64,000 nucleotides of DNA from an uncultured delta proteobacterium (GCA_963845515.1 CAWJSR010000029.1:256001-320000); one strand, 5' to 3'; shown: positions 50,033-61,902, counted from the first letter of the stretch. Notes: generated by a model not told the origin, from the letters alone. Translations and numbers: made by a program.

Positions 50033-50572
50033 CTAGCGGGTCTTGCCCGCTGCGGCGCCTTTCTTCGGGGCACCCGGCGAGGTGGCTGCGGGCTTCGTAG
50101 CAGGAACGGGCGCACCCTCCGCCTTCCAGGCGGCGCGCTCCGCGTTCCAGTGCTCGATGAGCGGCAGCTTCCGGGCGTACTCGAACTTCGTGAGGCTGGG
50201 CGTCGACTCGTTGTGGCAGCCGCCGCAGACCTTCTCGTCGGGATCCAGGAGGCCGACCGCCCGGGAGAGCTCGTGATCGCGCATGACGTAGCGCGCCGCG
50301 TAGGCGCCGCCGGCGCCGTGGCAGGTCTCGCACCCGACCGCGACGAAGCCCTCGTCCATGAGCGGCGCGTGGCAGGAGAGGCAGCGCTTGTCCTTCCGGT
50401 TGCGCTCCGGGAGGCTGTCGAACGCGCGCGCGTGCGGCCCCGTGCGCCAGGCCTCGTAGGCCGCCGGGTGGCAGGCCTTGCAGGTCTCCGGCCCCACCGT
50501 GGGGGTGGTCGAGCCGGCCATGGCGATGGCGGGGACGGCGAGGAGGAGGGCCAGGTGACGTGGGGCGCGCAA
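50033..50572 (-). CDS. Tetraheme cytochrome c (c554-like)
   Basis: Signal peptide; VG..TCKACH, CLSCH, VGCETCHG.G, CGGCH. Confidence 0.85.
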   Translation of the reverse strand: MRAPRHLALLLAVPAIAMAGSTTPTVGPETCKACHPAAYEAWRTGPHARAFDSLPERNRKDKRCLSCHAPLMDEGFVAVGCETCHGAGGAYAARYVMRDHELSRAVGLLDPDEKVCGGCHNESTPSLTKFEYARKLPLIEHWNAERAAWKAEGAPVPATKPAATSPGAPKKGAAAGKTR

Positions 50573-50644
50573 GACGGCGTGAATATACGGGGAGCGGCCC
50601 CGTCAATCTACTGCGGTCGACAGGGACCGATATAATCGCCCCCT

Positions 50645-51160
50645 ATGCGCCAGCTCCTCCTCGCCACCCTCGTCGCCCTCACGCTCCTCCCGTCCATCGC
50701 CTCGGCCAAGGCCTGGCAGGGGATCTCGCCCGGCGCCAGCACCATCGACGAGGTCGTCAACAAGTTCGGCGAGCCGACCTCGCGGACCAGGCGATCGACC
50801 CGCACCGTCCTCGCCTACCTGGGCGAGCAGGCGCTGCCGGGGACCAAGCAGACCCAGTTCCATGCGCGCGAGGACGGGGTGATCCTGGAGATCACCGTCT
50901 TCCTGGCGACTCAGCTGGAGAAGGAGTCGATCGAGGGGACCTACGGACGGTCGCCGCGGAAGACCTTCACCGACGACTTCCTCCCGGTCTGGCTCTACGA
51001 GGCCGACGGCGTGACCGTCTACTTCACGAAGGACGGCTTCGTGAACGCCATCAGCTTCTCGGCCGGGCGCAGCGTGGCGAAGCCCGCGGGCGCGGCCGCG
51101 GCCAGGAAGGCAGCGCCGGCGGCGGGCGCGGGCAAGGCCAGGTCGGACATCCTCCCTTGA
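50645..51160 (+). CDS. Hypothetical secreted protein
   Basis: Signal peptide ending ASA; TATAAT 8 nt upstream of ATG. Confidence 0.7.
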   Translation: MRQLLLATLVALTLLPSIASAKAWQGISPGASTIDEVVNKFGEPTSRTRRSTRTVLAYLGEQALPGTKQTQFHAREDGVILEITVFLATQLEKESIEGTYGRSPRKTFTDDFLPVWLYEADGVTVYFTKDGFVNAISFSAGRSVAKPAGAAAARKAAPAAGAGKARSDILP

Positions 51161-51222
51161 GAGAGCGGAGGCCGCCCGTGAAGAGGTCCCTCCCCTTCCT
51201 CGCCCCCGGGGACCAGGGCTGA

Positions 51223-51855
51223 GTGCGTCTCGTCGGACTCACCGGCGGGATCGCCACCGGCAAGAGCACCCTCGCGCGGCTGCTGCGCGACCAGGGCGTC
51301 CCCGTCGTGGATGCCGACGAGCTCTCGCGCGCCGCCTCCCGGACCGCGCCCGTCCTCAGCGCGATCGCGAGAGAGTTCGGCCCGGAGTACCTGGACGCCG
51401 CGGGCCAGCTCGACCGGAAGCGGATGGGGGCGCTCGTCTTCGGCGACCCGGAGGCCCGCAAGAGGCTGGAGGCCATCCTGCACCCCGCGATCCGCGCCGC
51501 GATGGCCGAGGAGAGCGAGCGGCTCGCGCGCGAAGGGCACCCGCTCGCCTTCTACGACACGCCGCTGCTGTTCGAGTCGGGGCTGGGTGACCAGGTCGAG
51601 TGCGTGGTGGTCATCTACGCTCCCCGCATCGAGCAGCTCGAGCGGGTGACGCGTCGCGACGGCCTCTCCTGGCCCGAGGCGCAGGCGCGGCTCGCCGCGC
51701 AGATGGACATCGAGGAGAAGGCGCGGCTCGCCGACATCGTCGTCGACAACACCGCTGCGCCCGACACGCTCCCGGAGAAGGCCGCGAGGCTCCTCCGCGA
51801 TCTGCTCCGCGGCCCGGGGAAGCGCGCGCCGGGGGCGGACGCGCGCTGGTACTGA
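51223..51855 (+). CDS. coaE: Dephospho-CoA kinase
   Basis: VGLTGGIATGKST, VDAD, LDR..MG..VF, LHP.I, PLLFE, R..RRDG, AD.VVDN. Confidence 0.95.
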   Translation: MRLVGLTGGIATGKSTLARLLRDQGVPVVDADELSRAASRTAPVLSAIAREFGPEYLDAAGQLDRKRMGALVFGDPEARKRLEAILHPAIRAAMAEESERLAREGHPLAFYDTPLLFESGLGDQVECVVVIYAPRIEQLERVTRRDGLSWPEAQARLAAQMDIEEKARLADIVVDNTAAPDTLPEKAARLLRDLLRGPGKRAPGADARWY

Positions 51856-51917
51856 GGCGGCCCTCTGGTCAACGCGCGCTTGCGGGATCCCACCCACTCC
51901 CGCTACACCCATTCGCC

Positions 51918-52328
51918 ATGAAGACCCTCAGCGACTTCACGGTCGGAGAGACCTTCCAGCTCGTCCGCCGCGTCGACCCGTACCGGCCGATCTACTACGC
52001 GGCCGCCTCCGGCGACTTCAACCCGATCCACATCGACCGGCGCGTCGGAAGGGCCGCTGGGCTGGGCGGCGCGATCCTGCAGGGGATGTGCACCTACGCG
52101 TGGCTCTCCGACGCCTGCGTCGCCTACTTCGGCGATCCGGTCCGCGTCCGGAAGGTCCGCGCGCGCTTCGCCAGGGCGGTGAAGCCGGGGGACACCGTCA
52201 CCTTCACCGGCCGCTGCACGGCGATCGAGGGGAGCACGGTGCGGGTGGAGGTCGAGGTGAGGAACCAGGACGGCGGCGAGGTGCTCAAGCGCGCCACCGC
52301 CGAGGGGCTCATCGAGGGGGAGCGCTGA
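51918..52328 (+). CDS. MaoC-family (hot-dog) dehydratase, catalytic-type subunit
   Basis: YAAASGDFNPIHID...GL.G.ILQGM hydratase-2 motif; RF...VKPGD. Confidence 0.85.
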   Translation: MKTLSDFTVGETFQLVRRVDPYRPIYYAAASGDFNPIHIDRRVGRAAGLGGAILQGMCTYAWLSDACVAYFGDPVRVRKVRARFARAVKPGDTVTFTGRCTAIEGSTVRVEVEVRNQDGGEVLKRATAEGLIEGER

Positions 52329-52329
52329 G

Positions 52330-52869
52330 ATGGCCGTCGACCAGAGGAACCTCGGCCGCAGCTACGGTCCCTACCGCTTCACGGTCGGGCTGGAGCACGT
52401 CCGCGACTTCGTCGCCGCCACGGGCATGGGCGTCCCCGGGCGCGTCTTCCGCTCGCCGCCCCGGGAGGCCCACCCGTGGACCTGGGACGAGCAGGCCGCG
52501 GTCGCCTCGCCCTACGGCGGGCTCGTCGCGCCGCCGTCCTTCGCGGCCATCTTCGCGATCGAGCCCTTCAGCGCGGCCTGCACCGACCCGGCGCTCGGGA
52601 TCGACGTCGTCCGGCTCGTCCACGGCGAGCAGGAGTTCGAGTGGCTCGGCCCCGTCCGGCCCGGCGACGTCCTGGCGACGACGGGCGAGATCACGGCGAT
52701 CCGCACGAAGGGGCCGCTCGACTTCGTCGAGGTGACGACGACGAGCGTGAACCAGCGAGGCGAGACGGTGGTCCGCGGGGTCTGGACGGCGGTGATCCGC
52801 AACGGCGGGGCGCTGGGCCTGCTGCTCGCGGCGCGGCGCCTCCTCGGGACGGGGCGCCAGCAGGGCTGA
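52330..52869 (+). CDS. MaoC-like dehydratase partner subunit (HadA-like)
   Basis: FVAATG, A..SPYGGLVAPPSF, LVHGEQEF....PVRPGD, NQRGE.V. Confidence 0.8.
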   Translation: MAVDQRNLGRSYGPYRFTVGLEHVRDFVAATGMGVPGRVFRSPPREAHPWTWDEQAAVASPYGGLVAPPSFAAIFAIEPFSAACTDPALGIDVVRLVHGEQEFEWLGPVRPGDVLATTGEITAIRTKGPLDFVEVTTTSVNQRGETVVRGVWTAVIRNGGALGLLLAARRLLGTGRQQG

Positions 52870-52876
52870 GGGCGCC

Positions 52877-54464
52877 TCAGGTCGCCCCCAGCCGCGCGGC
52901 GCTCGCGCCGCGACTCACGACCGGCCCGACCTCGCTCGGCGAGGCCGTCCGCTCGCGCAGCCTCCGGCGGAAGCGCAGGTGGCGCCACCGGGTCAGCTCC
53001 ACGAGCGGCCGCCAGACCCGCCGCGTGAGCCGGTGCCGGATCAGGAAGTGCCAGAGCCAGTTGGAGCGCTTGTAGAGGTAGGCCATGGCCAGGTACGGCA
53101 GCACGGCGCGCGGATCGGCCGGGCGGCGGCGCCAGATCGAGGCGTGAGAGAAGAGCCGCTCGTAGGTCCAGCGATACCCCTGCTCCAGCTCGCCCGGGCT
53201 CATGTGGCGCGGCGTGAAGACCGCGTGGGCCGTGTCGTAGCGGCTCCAGCGCCTGTGCAGCAGCCTCCCCTCCGCGTCGAGCTGCGCGAAGAGGGGCGTG
53301 CCCGGGTAGGGCGTGAGGACGTGGAAGGTCGCGCACTCGAGCCGGTTGGCCTCGATCCACTCCACCGTCCTCGCGAAGACGTCCCGCCGATCGCCGTCGA
53401 ACCCGAAGACGAAGCTGCCGTTCACCTGGATGCCGCACTCGTGGAAGAGCGCGACCCGGCGCGCGTAGTCGGCCGCGCGCGGGGTCCGCTTGCCGGTGGC
53501 TTCGAGGCTCTCCTCGCAGACCGACTCGAAGCCGATGAAGACGCCCGTGCAGCCAGAGAGCGCCATGGCCCGCACGAGCGACGGATCGTCGGTGACGTCG
53601 ATGCAGACCGCCGCGCTCCAGACGATGTCCAGCGGCTCGAGCGCCGCGCAGAGCGCGCGGAGATACTCCTTGTCCGCGCCCAGGTTGTTGTCGGTGAAGA
53701 CCGCGTAGGGCTCGCGGCTGTCCCGGAGCTCCTGCGCGATCCGCTCGACCGGCCGCACGCGGTAGGGCATGCGCACGCCGCGCGTCGACAGGTAGCAGAA
53801 CCGGCACCGGTTGGTGCAGCCGCGGGTCGCGTTGACGCTCGCGACGGTCAGGAAGCTCTCCGCCGGGACGATCGCGCGCAGCGGCGGCGGATCGTCGCCG
53901 CAGTCGCGGTCGTAGCCTTCGCGATAGACCGGCCAGAGCGCGCCGCGCTCCACGTCGGCCAGGATGCTCGGCCAGGTCCTGACGCCATCTCCGATCGCGA
54001 TGGCGTCCGCGTGCCGGATCGCCTCCTCAGGGCAGGCCGTCACGTGCAGCCCGCCCAACACCACCTTCGCCCCCATCTGCCGGTACCAGGCCGCCAGCTC
54101 GTACGCCCGCTCGGCGAAGGTCAGGTGGACGGTGATCCCGACGACCTCGGGGACCGGGTCGCACGGTGGGGCACCCTGGAGGAGGTTCTCGTCGAAGTAG
54201 GCGACGCGCCACCCAGGCGGCGTCGTGGCCGCGACGCTGGAGAGGGCCAGCGTCGGCGTGAGCACGTGCTTGCCGGCGGAGGAGTGCGGCTCCTTCGGGT
54301 AGAAGGGGTTGACGAGGAGCGCTGAGCCGTCTGTCCACCGGCCGGCCGGCGACGGGCGGCGGCAGGAGAGGCGCCTCGCGCATGGCCCGCGGCAGGCTGC
54401 GGCGTTCGCGCCGATCGTTCGCGATGAAGTCGAGGACGCGCCTGGCCTTGCTCCGCTTCCACAT
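52877..54464 (-). CDS. B12-binding-domain radical SAM protein; one frameshift near 54320
   Basis: KVVLGGLH, ATRGCTNRCRFC, FTDNN, FIGFES, GSFVFGFD, TPYPGTPLF; SD GGAGGA + ATG 54464 lies in a different frame from the body. Confidence 0.82.
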
Positions 54465-54614
54465 GGTCTCTCCTCCGGCTGAGCGTCAGCGGGAGGAGCC
54501 ATATCGAGCCGCGGTGACGGCCACTGGGAGAGGCCGCGGCGGAGCGGTGGAGACTTCGTGCAGGGCTGGTGCAGGACGCCTCTAGCGCGGCGTGCCGCCG
54601 CCAGGAGTGGCCGG

Positions 54615-55678
54615 CTAGGGCTCCCCGCAGAGCGTCGTGCACTGTCCAGTCCCGCTGGTGTCGCACACGTCGGTCGGCGCGCACTGCGACTGCAGCGAGC
54701 AGGCGCCGCCCGGCGCCAGCCAGGCCGTGCAAACGTTCCCGCTCACGCGCGACGCACACGTCCCGCCGATGCAGGGGACGTGCTCCCCGTTGACGGCGGC
54801 ACAGGACCAGCTCGGCTTCGCGCCGTCGATGCAGGTGCCGCCCACTCCGCACCAGAGCCCTGGGCCGCAGCCGTTCTCGCCCTGCGTGCACGCCTCACCC
54901 GCCGCGCGCCACGGGACGCAGGTGGAGCCCGCGCACCGGTACCCGATCGCGCACTCGCCGTCGCCGTAGCAGCTCCCTGAGGTCTTTCGCGCGTGGCACA
55001 CGGCTTCGTAGAAGGTGATCGTTCGCAGAAGAGGCCGGCGGCGCACCAGCTGTCGTTCATGCACCTGCCGTCGAGCGGTGACAGCGGCGCGCACGCGGGC
55101 GTCGCCAGCAGGACGTTGCAGGCGGTCCCCACGGCGCACGGCCGGAACGTATCGCATGGCGATCCCGCCGGGATCGGAGTCACGCAGGAGCCGGGGCAGG
55201 CGTTCGGTGGCCCGACGCAGACGCCCGACGCGCAGCTCTCGTTCGAGTAGCAGGTCTCTCCGTCGCGCGAGTTTGCCGGCGATGGCCGCCTCGCAGTCTG
55301 CCTGCGAGTACGTGCCATACATGAACGCGTGCAGGACGTCGCAGCTCGCCGTCTCGATGAACGAGAGGCAGGCGCCGGCGCGCGACGGGCGTAGGTGGCG
55401 CGTCCCGGCCGTGACCGCCTGGATGCGATCGGCGCAGCGCGCCGCCGGACGCGTAGACCGCCGCCGCCTGCGCTGCAGAGCCGTGCTCGCAAGCGGCCCA
55501 GCGCGCTGCGTACGCGCCCCAGTACTGATCGCAGTACTCGGTCACGGTCGCAGGACCCGATCGCCCCCAGGGGCCATCGGACCCCTGGGTCGTTCGTGCC
55601 GTCCGTACCGCCGCCCGAGGACGAGCAGGCGTACGCGAACATCAGAATGGAAAGCGCCGCACGAATCGTGGTCATCAT
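54615..55678 (-). CDS. Cysteine-rich repeat lipoprotein (paralog type of 47954-49273), frameshifted
   Basis: MMTTIRAALSILMFAYAC lipobox; GETCYSNESCASGVC, GEACTQGENGCGPGLWC, GGACSLQSQCAPTDVC in shifting frames. Confidence 0.7.
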
Positions 55679-58600
55679 TCACTCCTCGTCACTGAGAAGA
55701 CGAGATCGTCGCGATCGTCGAGCTCACCCGCGCTGCACCCGCCGCTCTCGGCCCCGGCGTGGCGCAGCTGGACCCGGACCGCCTGCAGCGCCCCCGTGCG
55801 GAGGGCGGTGTCGACGCCGAGCACCTGCGGGCCCGCACGCGTCGGCGTGAGCGTGTCGACGAGCTCCCAGGCCGGCGACAAGGCGTTCGGCGCCACGTAC
55901 ACGTCGAGCCGGTCGGTCGCGTAGCTCGCCGTCGCCCAGACCTTCGCCTCGATCCGGACCGCGCCAAGCTCCTTGAGACCCGCCACCGGGTCGATCGCCC
56001 GGACCGCGATGACGTCCGACGACTCGTCGAGGTGGAAGTAGCCGGACGCGCCGTCCGCGCAGCTCGCGCCGATGGTGTTGGGAGCCGAGGGCTCCGGGCC
56101 GAGCGGACCGCGCCCCACCACGAGCCCTCCCGTCCAGCAGCGCGCGCCCGGCAGGGCGCACTTCGGCGCCTTCAGCTTCTTGTCGAAGGACGCGAGGCCG
56201 GTTCGAGCGACGTGCACGGTCACCGCTGCGCTGTCTCCGACGTTCTCGCCGGCGTCGTAGGCGCGCGCGACGAAGCGGTAGTCCCCGCCGTCCACGAGCC
56301 CGGCGACGCTCGTCGAGAACGCCCAGGGCGCCAGGTCGTCGGTCGCGACGAGGGTCTCGAGCCCCGCCGCGTCGAGCCGGACCAGCTCCACCCTGGTCAC
56401 GCCGACGTCGTCGGACGCGGTCACCTGGACGGTCACCGCGCCAGCCAGCGTCTCGTCGTGCACGGGCGTGGTGATGGCGCAGGCGGGTCGACGACGTCCT
56501 CGACGACCACGGGTACCGCCGCGCTCACCGTGGAGTTGCCCTCGTAGTCGAACGCGACCGCGCTCAGCTCGTAGGTCCCGGGAGCCAGACCGTCGGGGCT
56601 CCAGGTCGCGAGGAAGGGCGCCAGGTCGTCGAGGCCGAACTGAACGGGATCGCCCATGGGGACGTCGTCGACGCGGAACTCGACGTGGCCACGCCCACGT
56701 CATCGCTCACCGCGGCGGAGACGTCGATCGGCCCGCGAACTCCGGCGTTGGCCTCCGGCGACGAGATCGTCACGGTCGGCGACGTCGTGTCCGGCGTCCC
56801 CGGCAACGTCGCGATCACCACGTCGTCCCGATCGTCGTAGCCGGTCGCGCCGCACGCCTCCGCAGCACCGCCCCCGCGGAGCGCTACGCGGACCACCTGG
56901 CGGCCGGAGTACGCTAGCGGCACGTTCGCCGAGAGGGTCTGCTCGCCGCCTACCGTCGGGACCACGGTCGCCAGCCGGACGAACTCGGGCGCAGCGGGAT
57001 CGGCCGCGACGTAGACGTCGAGCCGGTCGTAGGCCGGGTCCGCCACGTAGGCCCGGACCTCGACCCGCGCGAGCTTCCCGCCGGTGAGCGCGGCGCCGTC
57101 GAGCGAGGAGATCGCGACGTGCTCGATCGACTCGTCGGCCTCGTAGGTGCCCTCCGTTCCGTCGGGGCAGCCGTCGACGGTGTTGGAGGCGTTCGTCTCC
57201 GGGCCCAGCGGCCCGCGCCCCATGAGAGGATCCCGGTGTGGCAGACTGAGGAGACCATGTCGCAGGCAGGGGCGCCAGCCACGGGATCGTACGAGGCGCC
57301 CGGGATTCAGCACGTTGATGTACACGGGCGTGCTGACCGCGGTGTTGCCAGCGGCGTCGTACGCCCTGCTCGTCAGCACGTGGTCGCCGTTCGCCACGGT
57401 CGTCGTGTCGAGCATCGCCTCGAAGGGGGAGGCCGTGAGCGTGGCGAACGGAGCGTCGTCGACGAGCAGCTCGACCCTCGCCAGCGCGCCGCCCGGATCG
57501 GCAGCGTCTGCCGACACGCGGATCGCGCCTGCGACCATCGTGAGCCCCGAGACCGGCGCGACCAGCGCGGTGGTCGGCGGCGTGACGTCGCCGATCGCGA
57601 CCCAGAGCGGGGGCAGCGCCGGCCACTTCGTTTCGGCGACGTTCCCAGCGAAGTCGTACGCCCTGGCGTAGAGCCACCACCAGCCAGGCGGGACGGTATT
57701 GCTGGACAGCTCGAGCTCCCAGGGGCTGGCGGTGACCTCGCCCACCTTCATCGTGAAGGTCGTGAACGGCCTCTGGAGCCAGAACTCGACGCGCTGCACC
57801 TCGCTGTGACGTCCGAGGCGGACGCGGCCAGCACGACCTCTCCGCTGAGGCACGCGTACGGCGCCGGCGCCGTGACTGCAACGGTCGGCGCGACGAGGTG
57901 ATTGCGCCTCACCGTTACGCTGCCGGTCCCGACGTTGCCCACGTCGTCGTAGGCGCTGGCCGAGAAGACGTAGCTGCCGTTGGGGGAGCGCGAGAAGTCG
58001 TACGGGATCTCCCACGGACCGCCCGTGTTCGTCCCGAGGAGCACGCCGTCCAGGAAGAACTCAACCTTCTTGATGCCGCTGTCGTCGCTTGGGTCCACGC
58101 GTGAACGTGACGTCGCTCGGGCACGGTCGCCCCTTCGCTGGGCGCGACCACCATCACGTCCGGGGGCCGTCACGTCGTTCACCTGTACGGTCACCGGCGG
58201 CGACTCGGCCACGTTCCCCTGGAGGTCGGTCCCGCGCACGCTCAGCAGGTAGGTGCCGTTGGCCGGAGCCCGCAGCTCGAAGGCCCATGGGGCTGCGACG
58301 TCGCGTCCCCTGGAAGATGCCGTCGACCAGCAGGTCGAGCTTCTTCACCGCGCCTGCGTCGGCCGCGCTCGCCTCCACGCGGATCAGGTTGGACGTCAGG
58401 ACCGCCCCGTCGGGCGGCGAAAGGACCGCCAGCGTCGGCCCGGCGAGGTCGGCCAGCGTGACCGCCACTTCGTCCGCCGCCGTGTTGCCGGCGCCATCGT
58501 GCGCGACCGCTCGCAGCACGTACTGGCCGTTGGGTAGGAGCGCCCCATTCCACTCGCACCGCGTAAGGCGCGGCGGTGAGCTGGGCGATCGAGTAGGTCT

Positions 58601-60811
58601 TGCCCTTCCAGTCGGCGGCCGTCACCATCACCTTCGACACGAGCCGATCGTCTCCAGCAGCCGACCTCCAGGGTGGTGACCGCCGCGAGGACGGCGCCGT
58701 CCCCGGGAGCGACGATCTCGACCGTCGGAGGCACGGCGTCGGGCGTCCGCAGCAGCGACCTCGAAGGCGAGATCGTCGCGGTCGTCGAAGCCCCCGCCAG
58801 TGCACGTCGCCGCCGCCCCTCCGTACCGGAAGGCGGCGCGTACCGCCTGCGGCGAGCCCTCGGCGAGCGTGAACGGCGCCGAGAGCGTCTGCGCGCCGGA
58901 GGCCGCTGGGGTGAGCGTGATCACGTGGCGCCACGACGTCGGGCTGTCGGAGGGTGACACGTAGATGTCGAGGAAGTCCCCGAGGTCGGCGCCGACGAAG
59001 ACGTCCACGTCGATCCGCGCGCCACCGCCAGTCGCCAGGGACTGGCCATCGAGAGACGTGATCCTGATGCGCTCGATCGATTCGTCGACGAGGTACTGCC
59101 CGATCTCGCCGTCGTGGCAGACGCAGCCGGCCGGATCGGTGTCGCACGGATCGCGGAGCGCGCTCGGCGCGTGCCGCTCCGGGCCGAGGCTCGCGCGCCC
59201 CCTCACGAGGTCGCGCGAGTCGCAGGACGCCGCCAGCGTCTCGCAGCGCGCCACCCCGAGCGCGCCGTCCAGGTGGGCGATGCCCGGGTTGCCCACCGTG
59301 ACCGTGATCGCCCGCGAGTCGGTCGCGTTCCCGGCCGAGTCGTAGGCCCTGGCCACCAGGGTGTGGGAGCCGTCGAGGGCCGTCGTCGTGTCCCACGGGA
59401 TGTCGAACGACGCCGCTGCGCTGCTGCCTCGCCAGCGTCCGTCCACGAGCAGCTCGACCCGCGTCAGGCCGTAGTCGTCGGCCGCCGCCCCGATCACCCT
59501 CACCGAGCCCGTCAGCGCGTCGCCTCCGGAGGGAGCGTAGATCGAGATCGTGGGAGGGACGTCGTCCTGCTCCGGCGTGAACTCCACTCCCCGCGTGTAG
59601 ACGAGCCGATCCGGCGTGAAGCCGGCCGCGCCAGCCGGCGCGCGGGTCGCGCGCGCGATCAGCCTGCGCTCGACCTCCTGCGGAGAGGTGTCGGGGTTCG
59701 GGAGAGGCAGCAGCGCGACGGCGCCCGTGACGTGCGGCGCCGCCATCGAGGTGCCCGAGAGCGGCAGATCCGCGACGACGGTCGAGCTCCACGCCGACAC
59801 GATCCCCGTCCCAGGCGCGACGAAGTCGACGCAGTCGCCAACGTTGGAGAACGGCGCGAGCACGTCGAGTGGAGGATCCCCGACCACGGCCGGCGCGGCT
59901 TGCTGCGAGGCTGCGACTGCGAGCGCGCCTGGAGCCCGCGCGGGGGAGACGTCGCAGGCATCCCTTCCGCCGTCGCCTGCCGCCGTGACGACCACGATCC
60001 CGTGCGCAGTCGCCGCCTCCACGGCCGCGTCCATCGCGACCGACGGGCCGGAGAAGAGGCTGAGGTTCGCCACCGAGGGGCCGTCGTGGTTCGCGATCAC
60101 CCAGTCGAGCCCCGAGACGACGCTGGACACGCTGCCGTTACCGCTGCAATCGAGCACGCGCACCGAGCGGACCCTGACGCGCTTCGCGACGCCGTAGATG
60201 CCGCCGCCGATTGTCCCCGCGACGTGGGTGCCGTGCCCGCTGCAGTCCCCCGTGACGCCCTCGCCCAGGGCGTCGTACGCGAAGGACGCACGCCCGCCGA
60301 AGTCGAGGTGGGCCGTGTGGACGCCGGTGTCGAGCACGAACACGTCGACGCCCTGCCCCGCCCACAGGTCGTCCCATCCGTACCGGTCGTCGAGCGTCGC
60401 CCCGTGCTGGTCGACGCGGTCCAGCCCCCAGGTCGGCCCGTACTGCCAGCCTACAGCGGCCGCCCGTGCGCTGCCGTCCTGCTCGACACGCTCCACCCGA
60501 GCGTCGAGCGCGACGGCGCCCGCGGCGGCGAGGCTCGCGCGCATCGAGAAGCCGCGCAGCGCGTGCCGGTAGACGCTCCAGGACCGTAGCGCCATGCTCC
60601 TGTGCGACGCTGCCCGCGACGGCGGCGGGATCCGCCGCTGCGCCCTCGGAGGACGCGAGGACCACGAGATAGCGATCCGGGATGGGCTGCTCGGCGCGGA
60701 CGATCCGCTCCGCTCCGGAAGGCGCGGACACGGAGGGCTTCCCCCGCCCGAGCAGCCGGCGGCGGCGAGCACGAACGCGGCGATGAGACCCGTAGTGCAA
60801 CGCATGGACAT
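55675..60811 (-). CDS. Large lipoprotein subtilase (I9 propeptide + proteinase K-like S8) with about 8 Big_7-like Ig domains and 3 Cys-containing modules; multiple frameshifts
   Basis: Lipobox AAGC; IPDRYLVV..VYRHALRGF; WGLDRVDQ, VLDTG, HGTHVAGT, GTSMAAPHV; repeats D..PPTV.I.AP...L.A.AYD.AGN; stop at 55675. Confidence 0.82.
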
Positions 60812-60891
60812 GTCCTCTCCTCCAGGGCAGGCCGGTTGGCCGGGGCCCTACGCTTACCCGTCAGCCATTGGCGCCCCTCGGCGCCCCTGAG

Positions 60892-61860
60892 CTACATCCC
60901 GGCGATGGCCTTCTCGTCGACCTTCATGCCGGCGTCCGTGACCGCAGAGTCCACGACTTCCTTGCGTCCCTTGGATCGTCGCTCCGACGTAAGGCGCTGC
61001 CGGAGCAGCTCCTTCACGTCGTCGAACGACGGCCGCTGCTCCCGCTCGCGGGCGACCAGCTTCACGACGTGCAGCGCGCCCGCCGACTCGACGACGCGGG
61101 GCAGGATCGCCCCGGCGTCGGTCAGCTCGAAGGCCGCGGCTGCCAGCTCTGGCCCGTAGGCCGACGCCAACTCCTCCCGGTCCATCGGCGGCAGCTCCCC
61201 GTTGAGGGCCCGGCTGCGCGGGTCCTCGGAGCGGAGCCGCGCGAGGTTCCCGAACGCCTGCTGATCCATCGGACGCTGCTGGGCCGCCCCGAGGGCGGCC
61301 TGGGCCGCGCCCAGCTTCTTCGACCGCGCGGCGGCGTCCGGCGCGTCGAACGTGATGATCGCGAGCCGGACCTGCTCGGGCCGCTGCAGCTCCTTCTCGT
61401 GCTCGGTGAACCAGGCGCGCAGCTCGTCGTCGGTCGGCTTCCGACCAGCGGCCGACGCCTCCAGCTCCTTCTCGACGAAGGCGGTCGACAGCTCCTGTGC
61501 GTACCGCTGCGCGAACTCCTGACTGCGGTGGAAGCCCTTCGACTCGGCGCGCCGGGCGAGCAGGAGCGTGCGCGTCCAGCCCTCGACGAACTCCTTCCGC
61601 GCCGCGGGGTCCGCGAGCCGCGCCCGGAGCGGGCCGTCCTTCGGCCCAGCGAGCGCCTCGATCTCGCCGGCGGTCACCTTCTCGCCGTCGAACCGCGCGA
61701 GGACGGTGCCGTGGGACGTGCGCCCGTCGAGCGGGCTCCCCCCTTCGCCGGCGTGGCCGATGAAGTATCCCGCGACACCGGCGATTGCAGCCGCGATGAC
61801 CGCGGTGACCAGTGGGCGCTTGGACTTCGTGGGCCCTGCGAGAGTCTCTCTGTCGCTCAC
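60892..61860 (-). CDS. PpiC/parvulin-type peptidyl-prolyl isomerase/foldase
   Basis: N-terminal TM, VLA..DGEKVT, F.NLA..RSED..S...GEL, AAF.L, H.VKL, SFDDVK. Confidence 0.8.
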   Translation of the reverse strand: MSDRETLAGPTKSKRPLVTAVIAAAIAGVAGYFIGHAGEGGSPLDGRTSHGTVLARFDGEKVTAGEIEALAGPKDGPLRARLADPAARKEFVEGWTRTLLLARRAESKGFHRSQEFAQRYAQELSTAFVEKELEASAAGRKPTDDELRAWFTEHEKELQRPEQVRLAIITFDAPDAAARSKKLGAAQAALGAAQQRPMDQQAFGNLARLRSEDPRSRALNGELPPMDREELASAYGPELAAAAFELTDAGAILPRVVESAGALHVVKLVAREREQRPSFDDVKELLRQRLTSERRSKGRKEVVDSAVTDAGMKVDEKAIAGM

Positions 61861-61902
61861 TAGATCACCTTTTCCTTGGAAAGCCCCATGCGGCGGGTGC
61901 CC

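Noticed and set aside
54300..60800. Programmed frameshifting or phase variation
   Set aside because: Shifts are numerous, sometimes compensating, and not at slippery heptamers or long simple repeats; sequencing error is simpler.
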